In this document: positions 54,326 through 63,937 of the stretch, piece after piece
Layout of the letters: the number at the start of each line of letters is the position of its first letter
Position numbering within the stretch: the stretch's first letter is position 1
Source: an uncultured delta proteobacterium
GTDB taxonomy: Bacteria; Myxococcota_A; Polyangia; Polyangiales; Polyangiaceae
NCBI GenBank assembly: GCA_963716725.1
Contig: CAVQUB010000015.1
Location: 352,001-416,000, forward strand
Direction of reading: 5' to 3'
Length of the DNA: 64,000 nucleotides
Made by a program: the position numbers and the translations under genes
Notes under the pieces: generated by a model
Databases searched by the model: none
Told to the model about the DNA's origin: nothing
Seen by the model: only the letters and a program-made list of their open reading frames with translations

Positions 54326-54694
54326 GTGGCAAGCATCGACGACCTTCTGGACGAGATGCGAAGCAACCCCGGTGGGGTTCGGTTTGCCGACGCTTGCAAG
54401 GTAGTGACGAGCTATTTCGGCGAACCGAGGCAGGGCGGAACGAGCCACAAGGTCTGGAAGATGCATTGGGCAGGCGACCCTCGAGTCAACATGCAGCGCG
54501 CCGAATCTGGCAAAGCCAAAGCATACCAAGTTCGCCAAGCCGTCCAGGCCATCGACAGGCTGATTGCTGATCGTGCAGCCAGAGCCGCCCAGGTAGACGA
54601 ACACGATGAGAGGAACTTCGAAACGAAGCAGACCCAAGCGAGAAGAACCAAGGCGAAGGCCAAGACCAGAAGTACCAAGAAACGCCGGAGATAG
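54326..54694 (+). CDS. hicA: HicA-like toxin
   Basis: NPGGVRFAD...FGEPRQGGTSH...WAGDPRVN...KAKAYQVRQ. Confidence 0.82.
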   Translation: MASIDDLLDEMRSNPGGVRFADACKVVTSYFGEPRQGGTSHKVWKMHWAGDPRVNMQRAESGKAKAYQVRQAVQAIDRLIADRAARAAQVDEHDERNFETKQTQARRTKAKAKTRSTKKRRR

Positions 54695-54697
54695 GCC

Positions 54698-55036
54698 ATG
54701 TCCAAGAAAGTGCCTTTGAGCAAGAAATACACGTACCGCGTGGTGTGGTCCGAGGAAGACTCCGAGTTCGTTGGACTCTGCGGCGAGTTTCCAAGTCTGA
54801 GCTGGCTCGCAGCGTCTCCCGATGCTGCACTGAAAGGGATCATGAAGATTGTGGCAGATGTCGTGGCCGAAATGGCGGCGAGCGATGAGATGCCGCCGGA
54901 ACCCATCGCCACGCGTAACTACAGCGGCGAGTTCAAGCTTCGGGTCCCGCCGCTGTTGCACCGTGCCCTCGTGATGGAGGCCGCCGAAAACAACGTCTCT
55001 CTCAACCGGCTCGTGAACGCGAAGCTAGCAACGTGA
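54698..55036 (+). CDS. hicB: HicB antitoxin
   Basis: YTYRVVWSEED...EFPSLSW...YSGEFKLRVPPLLH...SLNR (RHH). Confidence 0.88.
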   Translation: MSKKVPLSKKYTYRVVWSEEDSEFVGLCGEFPSLSWLAASPDAALKGIMKIVADVVAEMAASDEMPPEPIATRNYSGEFKLRVPPLLHRALVMEAAENNVSLNRLVNAKLAT

Positions 55037-55079
55037 CCATGCCTTGACCCTGGTCAGCGCTCGAGCTGAGCGAGCAACT

Positions 55080-55850
55080 CGAGCAGAACCACCCGAAGCC
55101 CCCGCACGCAACTCGCCATCGCAGCTCGAGCACGCGAGTTTCTCCCGACTGTCGCGTCGCACCACCACCTCAGCAGGGATGAGTTCGATCACCTCCGTCA
55201 CATCGTGGCCGATGCATTTGCGCTCGGCGCCGCACTTCGGGCAAGGCCGCTCTGTGGCAGGCACGGCGAGTGGATTGTTGATTCGACGCAGGTGCGCCGG
55301 CGGAGCGCGCCTTAGCGGCGGCTGCGTTCGCGGCTCCCGAGTCTCTTGGGTCCCCACGTCTCGCTGAGCGTGCTCATCGACACCGGCCGCGCTGCGCAGC
55401 CTGAGATTCGCCTCGTCAGGTTCCTTGTCCGTTCCGGCCGCGCTCTCTGCAGCAGTCGCGAGCGCGTCGAGAAACAACAGCAGCTGGTCACGTGAGAGCC
55501 CCTCGTTCTTCTTGCGGCGCCCGCCAATCTCGGCGAGCCGCTTTTCCACCTCGCTGTTCTGGGCGACGAGCTGTTCGAAAAGTGGACCACCTGGATTTTG
55601 CGGCCTTCAGCGAGCAACTCCTGGAGCACGTTACGCCGCCCGGAACACGCACGATCACCCCGAGTTCGCCGCTCTCCGCGTTCCCGACACGCACCGCCGC
55701 GGGCACGAGTCGCGCGAGCGCACGAACGGGCCGCCCCGGACCGCGCTTCGCCTCGGTCCCCAACCGGCGACGCCAGAAATACAGCCGCTGTGCATCGATC
55801 CCGGACACGCGCGTCTTTGCCCTCGTAGCGGCTCTTCAGCATTGGGGACA
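55080..55850 (-). mobile_element. Degenerate IS66-family remnant (tnpA-like fragment joined to truncated tnpC)
   Basis: GIDAQRLYFWRRRL (TnpA HTH); CPKCG...IGHDVTEVIELIPA...REKLACSSC (IS66 zinc finger); no tnpB or DDE core seen. Confidence 0.78.
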
Positions 55851-55942
55851 GCAGGAAGCTCCGTCCGCCGGACGGTGACGGACGAAGCGGCGACACGGTC
55901 GGTGGGCGCGAGCGGACGGCCCTTGAACGCGTCGCCGTCGCC

Positions 55943-57667
55943 TCACAGCTGCGGACGCCAGGTGGCCAAGCCTTGCAATACCAAGACATCGACGTCGGAA
56001 CCGAACACGGTGTCGGCGTCCAGGGCGATGTTGAAGTGCCGCGACGGCGAGTACCAAACCGCCATGCCCACCAGGTGCTCGACAAATGCGCTGTCCGCCG
56101 CGGTGTAGCGCGTCACGGCCGGACGGTACCGCGCCGACAGGTCGAGCTTGCGATCGAGCAACTCCAGCCCCGGGCTGAGGGAGACCCCGACGTTGGTCAG
56201 CGCGGTGCTGCGCGCACCCGAGGCCCCGGCATCGACCCGCAGTGTGCCGACGATGTCGATCAGTCGCAGATGCGCGTAACCGCCGATGACGTCGGAATCC
56301 GTGCTCTGAGTGCGCGCGGCGTTCGCGCCAACGGACGCAGAAAGCTGGTCCAGCCGCACTCCCACCTCGCCACTGCCGTGCAGCGTCGCATCGCTGCCAA
56401 GACAAGCACTTGCAGCAGCCGCCGTGGGCCCGGAGACACACAACCATTCGGGCGGTAAGAAACTCGCCAGCCAATTCGAGCGCTCGGGGCGCTGCAAGCC
56501 TCCGCGCGCGGCGAACTCGAGGACGCCCGCGCGCACCGCTGCATCCGCACCCACGGAACTGAGCTCCGTAGTCTCCGCGGCCCAGGGATTGTCCGCGTCA
56601 AAGAACGACACCTCGGCGTGCGCGCCGAAGCGACCAAAGCCCGGCAGCAGGTCCAGGCTGGCGTTGACCCGACGTTCGTCGAGATTGCCCTCGAAGCGCG
56701 AAGCGTGTCCGCCGAGGATCAGCCGTGGGCGCCACTCTGCCTCGAGGTCTTCGAACGCGAACTCACCGCCGAAGCGCGCCGTGGCGGAGGGAACACCCGA
56801 GAGCGGCTCGGGGACCGCGCCACCGAAGGCGCTCACGGAGAGGCCGCCAGCCAGCGGTGCGCGCAGCTTCACGCCATCTAGGTTTCCCAGAAAGCTCGAC
56901 GCTTGGCGCAGGCGGCCGATACTTCCGAGGAACGAGCGTTCGCGCCCATAGGCCGCCTCTAGCCGCCGCACACGCAGGGCGGGGCGCGCGTCGTCCGCGC
57001 GGCGGTCCGAGAGATTGGGCGCGATCCAGGTCTGGCCGCTCACGTCGACGTCGATGGCGAAAGGAGCGGACACAAAGGGCTCGAAGTGCAACTGGCTGCG
57101 CAACTCCGCACGCCCGATCCCTGTTCCACGGTCACCGTTCGCGATGACGCCGTAGCCGTACGCGGAGAAGGTCACGCGGTTCCGACTCTCGTCTTGGATC
57201 AGACCCAGCGGCACCGGTTTGGGCGTCTGGTCGTCGGCTGGACGGCGCGCGTCCGACCACAAGCCTTGGTACGTCGCGACGCTCGGGGGCTTGGGCATGC
57301 GCTCAACTGCCGGTGCCTCCCGCCCGAGTTCGACGTTGGCCTTGCCCTTCGCACCGACGTCTAGGCTTGCGTTGCCAAGCGGCAGCACGGCGAAGGAAGC
57401 CGTCACGGCGATGACTTCGTAGTCGCTCCCACCAAATTGCACACTGTCGCCCACGTTCAGACCTTCGTCGCTTCCTGGGCTGACGTAGATTTTGCCGTCG
57501 GCCACATCCAGCACGGTGATCTTGAGAGTGACTCGCTTGCCGCTTTCGGACTTCTTGTCGACAGCCTTGTCCTTCCCATTGGCAGGCCGCTTCTTGGGCG
57601 CGGCGTCCACCGAGTTCGCCAGTGCCAGAAAGCCCAGCACGATACCAAAGCAGCGCCACGTTCTCAT
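55943..57667 (-). CDS. Probable outer-membrane beta-barrel (porin-like) protein
   Basis: Signal peptide, small N-terminal beta domain, long run of amphipathic strands (IGR, FGG motifs) ending LATWRPQL; ATGA-coupled to cytochrome. Confidence 0.62.
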   Translation of the reverse strand: MRTWRCFGIVLGFLALANSVDAAPKKRPANGKDKAVDKKSESGKRVTLKITVLDVADGKIYVSPGSDEGLNVGDSVQFGGSDYEVIAVTASFAVLPLGNASLDVGAKGKANVELGREAPAVERMPKPPSVATYQGLWSDARRPADDQTPKPVPLGLIQDESRNRVTFSAYGYGVIANGDRGTGIGRAELRSQLHFEPFVSAPFAIDVDVSGQTWIAPNLSDRRADDARPALRVRRLEAAYGRERSFLGSIGRLRQASSFLGNLDGVKLRAPLAGGLSVSAFGGAVPEPLSGVPSATARFGGEFAFEDLEAEWRPRLILGGHASRFEGNLDERRVNASLDLLPGFGRFGAHAEVSFFDADNPWAAETTELSSVGADAAVRAGVLEFAARGGLQRPERSNWLASFLPPEWLCVSGPTAAAASACLGSDATLHGSGEVGVRLDQLSASVGANAARTQSTDSDVIGGYAHLRLIDIVGTLRVDAGASGARSTALTNVGVSLSPGLELLDRKLDLSARYRPAVTRYTAADSAFVEHLVGMAVWYSPSRHFNIALDADTVFGSDVDVLVLQGLATWRPQL

Positions 57668-58623
57668 CGCGCGCGTCCCCCGCGATGGCAGTGCACGCAG
57701 CGCTCGCGCACCGGCCCCAAGCGCTGATGCTGGCGGGCGATGCGCACTGGGTTGTGGTTGTGGCAACCCGTGCAGCGCACCAAGCGCGGCGCCTCCAGCG
57801 CGACATGGCAATCGCCGCACTCGAATCCGCGGTGCTTTCCGGTCCGGATCGGAAAGGAAAGTTCATGGCTGCGCGCGGCCAACGGACTCTGACTGAGGCG
57901 GAACTGAAAGCTTGCGGGAACGAAGGCCGGCGTCCACGCGGTGGCTCGATGGCATGTGGCACACTCTTTCGGAAACGGAGGCTGCCCCGCCGCGCCGACA
58001 TGCAATGGGTGGATGTCCGTGCGGCGATAGTCCGAAACGTGACATGCGTAGCAATCCGCGGGTGCGCCGGAAAACTGTCCCTGCGCGCTGCGCTGGTGGC
58101 ACTCGCTACAATCTACGAGCGCGTGCATGCCCGCGAGCGGAAGCCGCGTTCGCCGGTGTAGTTCGATAGCGCGCACGTCTCGAAAGCTGCGTGAGGAGTG
58201 ACAGCGATCGCAGCCTTGGCCGAGGCGACGGCGGTGCGAGTCTTCGTGACAGCCCACACATTCGCGAGTGATCTTGCGATCGCCAGTGTGGCACGCCGTG
58301 CACGCGGTTTGTCGGTGGCCTCCGCTCAGCGGAAACCCAGTGACCGAGTGGTCGAAGCCGCCGCCGCTGCTGCCGCTGGGCGTCAGCCGCCAACTGCTCG
58401 GTGTGTGGCAAGTGGAGCAATCCAGGCCCTTGGTGATCGACGCGCGGTGTGGGCTTTTCGCCTTCGCCTTCGGAGCCGCTGGCCTGGGCTCCTTGTTGGC
58501 CCCCGCTGGAGCGGAGCTGCCTCTTGCCGGGGTTTTCCCGGGCTTGTCGCCCGGCGCCGCGAGGGCGATTGCGGCGGCCAAGAACGACGCCAAGACCAGC
58601 AGGGACGACGGCGATCGGGTCAT
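57664..58623 (-). CDS. Multiheme cytochrome c (10 CxxCH)
   Basis: Signal peptide; 10 CxxCH counted; FDH...FPLxGxH repeats. Confidence 0.92.
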   Translation of the reverse strand: MTRSPSSLLVLASFLAAAIALAAPGDKPGKTPARGSSAPAGANKEPRPAAPKAKAKSPHRASITKGLDCSTCHTPSSWRLTPSGSSGGGFDHSVTGFPLSGGHRQTACTACHTGDRKITRECVGCHEDSHRRRLGQGCDRCHSSRSFRDVRAIELHRRTRLPLAGMHALVDCSECHQRSAQGQFSGAPADCYACHVSDYRRTDIHPLHVGAAGQPPFPKECATCHRATAWTPAFVPASFQFRLSQSPLAARSHELSFPIRTGKHRGFECGDCHVALEAPRLVRCTGCHNHNPVRIARQHQRLGPVRERCVHCHRGGRAR

Positions 58624-60416
58624 GGTTCGGCCTCGGCGTGCGGATCGGCGTGGCAGTCCTTGCAGGCGGAGTAGCCAAGGCGGTAGCGGCGAGCGCGCTT
58701 GCCCCCGCCGAGATCACGTTCCGCGTGGCACTTGGCGCAGTCTGAGCCCGCGTGACGTCCCTCCAAAGGGAATCCAGCGAGCGCGTCGTGACGGAACGCC
58801 TTGATCTTGAACCGGCTGGTGTCGTGACACACGGCACAACCCTTGACGGGTTTGCTCAGGCGGAACTGACCGAGATGCACGTCTTGGTGGCAGCCCGAGC
58901 ATGCGCGCGGCGTGCCACGGTAGCTACCGCCCTTGCCGTGTTTGCGATCGGCGGCACTTGGCGTGTGGCAGCGCGCGCAGGGGGCGCCCGCGTGGGCTCC
59001 CGTCAACGGCCAGCTTCGATGGTCGATTTTCGGGGTATGCCAGTCCAGCGGTGAGTGGCAGGCGGAGCAGCCGTCCTTCTTCATCTCTTTGGCGAACTGG
59101 CTGCCGTGCGGATTGTCGTGGCAAGACTCGCAGCGCGCGGACGTGCCACGCCAATCGAGTCGCTGGCCGCCCTTGGGATGTTTGTCGTGACAGCTGCCAC
59201 ACGGAACGGCAGCGTGGTGCCCCTCCAAAGGGAACTTCGTCGTGGCATGCGCCGGCACGCCGAAACTCGCCGGGCGGAAACCGCTGTCCGTATGGCACGC
59301 GGCGCACTCGCCGCCGTCGCGCTTGGCAAACGCGCCGAAGTGCACATCGTTGTGGCACTCGCGGCACTTGTCGAACTTCAGCTCGCGAAAGCGTTGTTGC
59401 GCCGGCTTGGTGGTCACGTGGCAGCCTTTGCAATCGGTCTCGAGGTGTTGGCCGCGGAGCTGAAACGGCGTCTTCTCGTGGGAATCAAGCCCGATCTTCC
59501 TGGATAGGCCAAGCCAGCGAATGCTGGCGTGGCAGCGCCCGCAGCTCTTGCCAAAGTCCGCTTCGTGAATGGGTTTGTGGCAGCTGACGCAGGCACGCCC
59601 CTTGGAAGGCGCCGTGTAGATCCCGCGATCGTGACAGCTACCGCAGCCAACCCGCGCATGTCCGTTGGCCAAGCTCAGCCCGGGGTGCGCTCCGGCTTTC
59701 ATCTGGATCTGCCGCCAGTTGTTCTCGTTGTGGCAGTTGGTGCACTCCTTCGAGAACCGACCCCCATGGGGATCCTTGTGGCACGAGGTGCAGCCGCCGA
59801 AATCCAGTCCCGCATAGCGAGGCGGCGAACCGTGGCAGTTGCCACACTCCGCCTTCGCGTGCGCACCGCGCAACGGGAACCTCGACTGTGCGTGGTTGAA
59901 ACTCTTGAGATTGACCTGTTTCCAGTTCGACTCGTTGTGACAGCCGAGGCAGTTTGTGCCAAAGCGAGTCTTGTGGGGATCCTTGTGGCAGCCAGTGCAC
60001 GCGGTCGCCGCGCCGATCCAGCTGCGGCTCTTGTGGCATTGGTTACACTTGGCCTTGCCGTGCTCCCCGCGCAGGGGCCAACCAGTCTGCCCGTGGTCAA
60101 AACCACTGGGGTTGAATCGCACCATGGCGAAGCCGCGCCCACGGTGGTCGGAATGGCATTTGGCGCAGGGTCCGGAGAACGCCCGCGTGTGCATGCCTTG
60201 ACCTGTAACGTTGCCGTGGCAGCTGTTGCAGAGCCCGTTCGACGTTCCACGCCCGGACGTGTGGCAGCGTCCGCAGTTCCCATCGCCTTCCAAGTCCGCA
60301 TGTGCGGCTGCCAGGGGTCCCGGTGCCATCAACTGTGCGCGCGCTCCGCCCGTCAGGCAGACCAGCGCGACCAGCGCGACCAGCGCGCGTAGGCTACGGC
60401 GCCACAGTCGGTGCAT
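58620..60416 (-). CDS. Multiheme cytochrome c (23 CxxCH)
   Basis: Signal peptide; PGPLAAAH start; 23 CxxCH counted, mostly in tri-heme repeats. Confidence 0.93.
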   Translation of the reverse strand: MHRLWRRSLRALVALVALVCLTGGARAQLMAPGPLAAAHADLEGDGNCGRCHTSGRGTSNGLCNSCHGNVTGQGMHTRAFSGPCAKCHSDHRGRGFAMVRFNPSGFDHGQTGWPLRGEHGKAKCNQCHKSRSWIGAATACTGCHKDPHKTRFGTNCLGCHNESNWKQVNLKSFNHAQSRFPLRGAHAKAECGNCHGSPPRYAGLDFGGCTSCHKDPHGGRFSKECTNCHNENNWRQIQMKAGAHPGLSLANGHARVGCGSCHDRGIYTAPSKGRACVSCHKPIHEADFGKSCGRCHASIRWLGLSRKIGLDSHEKTPFQLRGQHLETDCKGCHVTTKPAQQRFRELKFDKCRECHNDVHFGAFAKRDGGECAACHTDSGFRPASFGVPAHATTKFPLEGHHAAVPCGSCHDKHPKGGQRLDWRGTSARCESCHDNPHGSQFAKEMKKDGCSACHSPLDWHTPKIDHRSWPLTGAHAGAPCARCHTPSAADRKHGKGGSYRGTPRACSGCHQDVHLGQFRLSKPVKGCAVCHDTSRFKIKAFRHDALAGFPLEGRHAGSDCAKCHAERDLGGGKRARRYRLGYSACKDCHADPHAEAEP

Positions 60417-61290
60417 CGGAAAAGATCCAACGATAGCCGTAGTGCCAGGCCACGGCGATGTGCACGGTGACGAGCAGAATCATGATCACGGCGGCGAGAC
60501 GATGCACCGACCGCCAACCGCGCATGACGTTGCCCGCGGCCCGCGCGCGCACCTCCCCAAATACGAGCCGAATGGCGTCACTGACGTGAGCGTGCAGCAA
60601 CTGGAACTCGGCAGCGTGCTCACGACCATGGCCCTGCAGAGTCTCTTCGATGGCACGCCGGCGTCTGAAGGCCTCCGCTCGCCACTTGGGCAGCGCAATT
60701 AGCACCGCCAACAGCGATCTCCCGGGTGTCTCGATGCGATCGATGGCGTCGAGTCGCCGCCGGATCTCATCGCCGATCCCAGGTTGGATTCCGTTGAAGG
60801 TGCGGAGGTGGATCGCCAGCCGTTCCATATCCGGGCCCGTGGTGAACGCATGAATGAAGCGCCCCAACAGCCCCGTTAGAATCACAATGGCCAACGCCCA
60901 CATGGTGAAGGACGCGATGGGACTACGAAACTGAAACGCCGAGTGGAACAGCACCAGCAGCCCGCCGATGAGACCCGTCGTCGTGTGCAGGTTGAGCCAG
61001 GCGCGCAGGGATCCCACCGGGAGGGACGGAAACCGTCGCCGCACGATGTAGAGCAAGTTGGTGAAAATCAAGGTGGTGCCCACGATGCCGTAGCCGTGGC
61101 CCACGACTTCCCCTGGGCTCAGCAAGCGGAAGGCTTCGTGGTCGACCCGTTCACCAATGCCGAGGGGGTAAAAGCCTCCACCGTTCGCCCACATCGCGCC
61201 CGCGCTGCCCCCGAGCAAGAACACCAGGATCAGCCAGGGCAGGATGCTCTGGCCCCGGACGTCGGATTCGGTTGCGGAGCCCACGGCCAA
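60394..61290 (-). CDS. Membrane protein with two H-x13-H pairs (ferric-reductase/cytochrome b-like)
   Basis: WLNLH-x13-H and WRSVH-x13-H in hydrophobic helices. Confidence 0.72.
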   Translation of the reverse strand: MAVGSATESDVRGQSILPWLILVFLLGGSAGAMWANGGGFYPLGIGERVDHEAFRLLSPGEVVGHGYGIVGTTLIFTNLLYIVRRRFPSLPVGSLRAWLNLHTTTGLIGGLLVLFHSAFQFRSPIASFTMWALAIVILTGLLGRFIHAFTTGPDMERLAIHLRTFNGIQPGIGDEIRRRLDAIDRIETPGRSLLAVLIALPKWRAEAFRRRRAIEETLQGHGREHAAEFQLLHAHVSDAIRLVFGEVRARAAGNVMRGWRSVHRLAAVIMILLVTVHIAVAWHYGYRWIFSDAPTVAP

Positions 61291-61392
61291 ATCGAGCGCA
61301 AATCCTTCGTCTTTGCAAGGGCTTCAAACGCAGGGCTCGGGCGCAGGCGGCGGCGCTTTTGCTTCGTACCCGCCTTGGCGTAGCATTCGGCG

Positions 61393-62511
61393 ATGGCGGA
61401 CGGAGGCGGCGCGTCCCGCGGAACCGGAGTGCTGATCATTGCCCTGGGAACCGCGTTCGGTGCGGGAGCCTGCGGCGACGTGCTCTCGGAACCGGGCGAG
61501 CAGCACGTTCAGGTGCGCGCTGGCGACTGCTACTCGTGCCACCAACCGGACTACGAGAACGCCGCGAACCCGCCCCATGTGAACGCCATGCCCACGGTGT
61601 GCGCCGCGTGTCATAGCCAGAGCGCCTGGGCGCCTGCGACCTTCGCGCACAGTTGGCCGATCGCGGGCGCGCACACCAAGCTCGCTTGCCAAACCTGTCA
61701 CACCGGAGCGCCGCCCAAGTATCAGGGAACGCCGACGGAATGTGTGGGCTGCCACCAACAGGACTACGATACGAGTGTCTACCCTGGCCACAACACGTTC
61801 CCGACGGCCTGCGCGACGTGTCATAGCCAAGAAGCTTGGAAGCCCGCGGCGTTCAATCACAAGTGGCCCATCCTCGGTGCGCACACCAAGGTCGCTTGCC
61901 AGAGTTGCCACACCGGCAACCCGCCGAAGTACCTTGGGACGCCGACGCTGTGTGTGGGCTGCCACCAAAAGGACTACGACTCGAGCCCGCACCCCGGGCA
62001 CAACACCTATCCCACTACGTGCGACTCGTGCCACAGTCAGTTGGGGTGGAAACCCGCATCGACCGTCGCCCACCCCTTCCCGCTGGACGGTGCGCATGCG
62101 ACGACTCCCTGCGCGAGCTGTCACGTCGGCAATCCAGCGGTGTACAAGGGCACGCCCAAGGACTGCTACAGCTGCCACACGGACGATTTCAACTCGAGTC
62201 CGTACCCGGGGCACAGCGGCTTCTCACACACTTGTAGCGGCTGCCATTCCACGACGGCATGGAAGCCCGCCACTGGGGGTTCTCATCCGGAAAACAAGTT
62301 CCCCATCAACAGTGGCAAGCACAAGAACATCAAGTGCGCCGACTGCCACGACGCCAGCCTCGGCCCCACCTCGAAGGCCAATACCGCGTGCGTCAGCAGC
62401 TGTCACACCAGCGCCGAAATGAACAACGTGCACAAAGGCGAGAACAAGTACCCCACCGGAACCAGCTCGTTGAATTTCTGTTTGGATTGCCACTCCGACG
62501 GAAGTAAGTAA
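61393..62511 (+). CDS. Multiheme cytochrome c lipoprotein (13 CxxCH + 1 CxxxCH)
   Basis: Lipobox AGAC; three near-identical ~68-aa tri-heme repeats. Confidence 0.92.
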   Translation: MADGGGASRGTGVLIIALGTAFGAGACGDVLSEPGEQHVQVRAGDCYSCHQPDYENAANPPHVNAMPTVCAACHSQSAWAPATFAHSWPIAGAHTKLACQTCHTGAPPKYQGTPTECVGCHQQDYDTSVYPGHNTFPTACATCHSQEAWKPAAFNHKWPILGAHTKVACQSCHTGNPPKYLGTPTLCVGCHQKDYDSSPHPGHNTYPTTCDSCHSQLGWKPASTVAHPFPLDGAHATTPCASCHVGNPAVYKGTPKDCYSCHTDDFNSSPYPGHSGFSHTCSGCHSTTAWKPATGGSHPENKFPINSGKHKNIKCADCHDASLGPTSKANTACVSSCHTSAEMNNVHKGENKYPTGTSSLNFCLDCHSDGSK

Positions 62512-62555
62512 GCCGGCGCCTGCGCGGGCGCGTCACCCGCTGAAGGAGTTCTCGA

Positions 62556-63881
62556 TTGTCTTCCACGCTCGTATTGGGGGGCCTGGTCGCCATCGCAGTG
62601 TTGCTCTGGCTGCTCTGGGAGTGGCGGGATTCCGTGCGCGAAAAGGCGGTGCGCGCAGAAGCCGCGGACGTGGCGGGGCTGGGCGAAGTCGTGCCCACGT
62701 CTCTGCACCCGGTAATCGACCCGAATGTGTGCATGGGCTCCGGCGCTTGCGCTGCGATCTGTCCGGAGCATGGTCCTTTGGGTCTGATTGGCAACCGCGC
62801 GCTTCTCGTCAACCCACTGGGCTGCGTGGGGCACGGCGCCTGCGCAGCGGCCTGCCCGGTCAGCGCCATTCGTTTGGTATTTGGCACCAAGACCCGAGGC
62901 GTGGAGCTCCCAGAGGTCGGCCCAACATTTGAAACCAACCAACCCGGTATCTACATTGTCGGCGAGCTTGGCGGCATGGGCCTGATCCGCAATGCCGTCT
63001 CGCAAGGTTCCCGGGCCGCGCAGAGCATCGCAAGCGGCAGCGACACGGGTGTCCGCCGGGGTGTAGGGGGTGCCCTCGATGTGTTGATCGTTGGTGCAGG
63101 ACCCGCAGGGATCTCAGCGACCCTCGGCGCCATGCAGGCCAAGCTCAACACGGTGCTGGTGGATCGCGAGGCCCTGGGCGGAACCATCACGCACTACCCA
63201 CGTGCGAAAGTGGTGATGACGGGCCCCCTGGACTTTCCACTCTTCGGCCGGGTCGAGAAGAAGACCATGTCCAAGGAGGCGTTGGTCGAGCTCTGGGAAC
63301 AGATCATGGCCAAGTGCCAGCTGCCCTTGGCCACGGGGCATTTGGTGGAAAAGATCGAAGGGCAGCAAAGTGGCATGTGGCGGGTGCAGTCAGCCACGCA
63401 AAGCTGGGAAGCCGCCAACGTCGTGCTGGCGCTGGGCGTGCGCGGTTCGCCCCGCAAACTCGGCGTGCCTGGCGAAGACCTGGCCAAAGTCGCGTATCGG
63501 CTCTTGGAACCCGAACCCTTCGAAGCCAAACACGTCTTGGTCGTAGGCGGAGGCAACAGCGCCGTCGAGACGGCGATTTCACTGGCGGACTTTGGACGCT
63601 GCGCGTCTGTCGCGATCAGCTACCGCCGCGATGCATTTGCACGCTGCCGGGGCGACAATCGTCGGCGCATCGAAGCGGCCATCCAGCAGGGCAGCGTGCG
63701 CGCGCTGATGCCCTCGAACCTCACGGCTATCGAAGAGGGCCGCGTACTATGGAAGGGCCAGGACGAGGTGGTCCAGACGCTGCAAAACGACGCGGTCATC
63801 GCACAGGTCGGCGGCACGGCGCCCGCGGATCTCCTCAAGACCTTTGGCATCAACTTGGTCACGAAGTACGGCGAACGTTAG
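62556..63881 (+). CDS. Membrane-anchored 4Fe-4S ferredoxin + FAD/NAD(P)H thioredoxin-reductase-like oxidoreductase
   Basis: N-terminal TM; CMGSGACAAICP and CVGHGACAAACP; IVGAGPAG; VVGGGNSAVE...SYRR. Confidence 0.88.
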   Translation: MSSTLVLGGLVAIAVLLWLLWEWRDSVREKAVRAEAADVAGLGEVVPTSLHPVIDPNVCMGSGACAAICPEHGPLGLIGNRALLVNPLGCVGHGACAAACPVSAIRLVFGTKTRGVELPEVGPTFETNQPGIYIVGELGGMGLIRNAVSQGSRAAQSIASGSDTGVRRGVGGALDVLIVGAGPAGISATLGAMQAKLNTVLVDREALGGTITHYPRAKVVMTGPLDFPLFGRVEKKTMSKEALVELWEQIMAKCQLPLATGHLVEKIEGQQSGMWRVQSATQSWEAANVVLALGVRGSPRKLGVPGEDLAKVAYRLLEPEPFEAKHVLVVGGGNSAVETAISLADFGRCASVAISYRRDAFARCRGDNRRRIEAAIQQGSVRALMPSNLTAIEEGRVLWKGQDEVVQTLQNDAVIAQVGGTAPADLLKTFGINLVTKYGER

Positions 63882-63937
63882 CCCCGTCGCGACGAAGGGC
63901 CGCGTCTTGCTGGCAATGCTGATGCTGGCCCGGCGTG

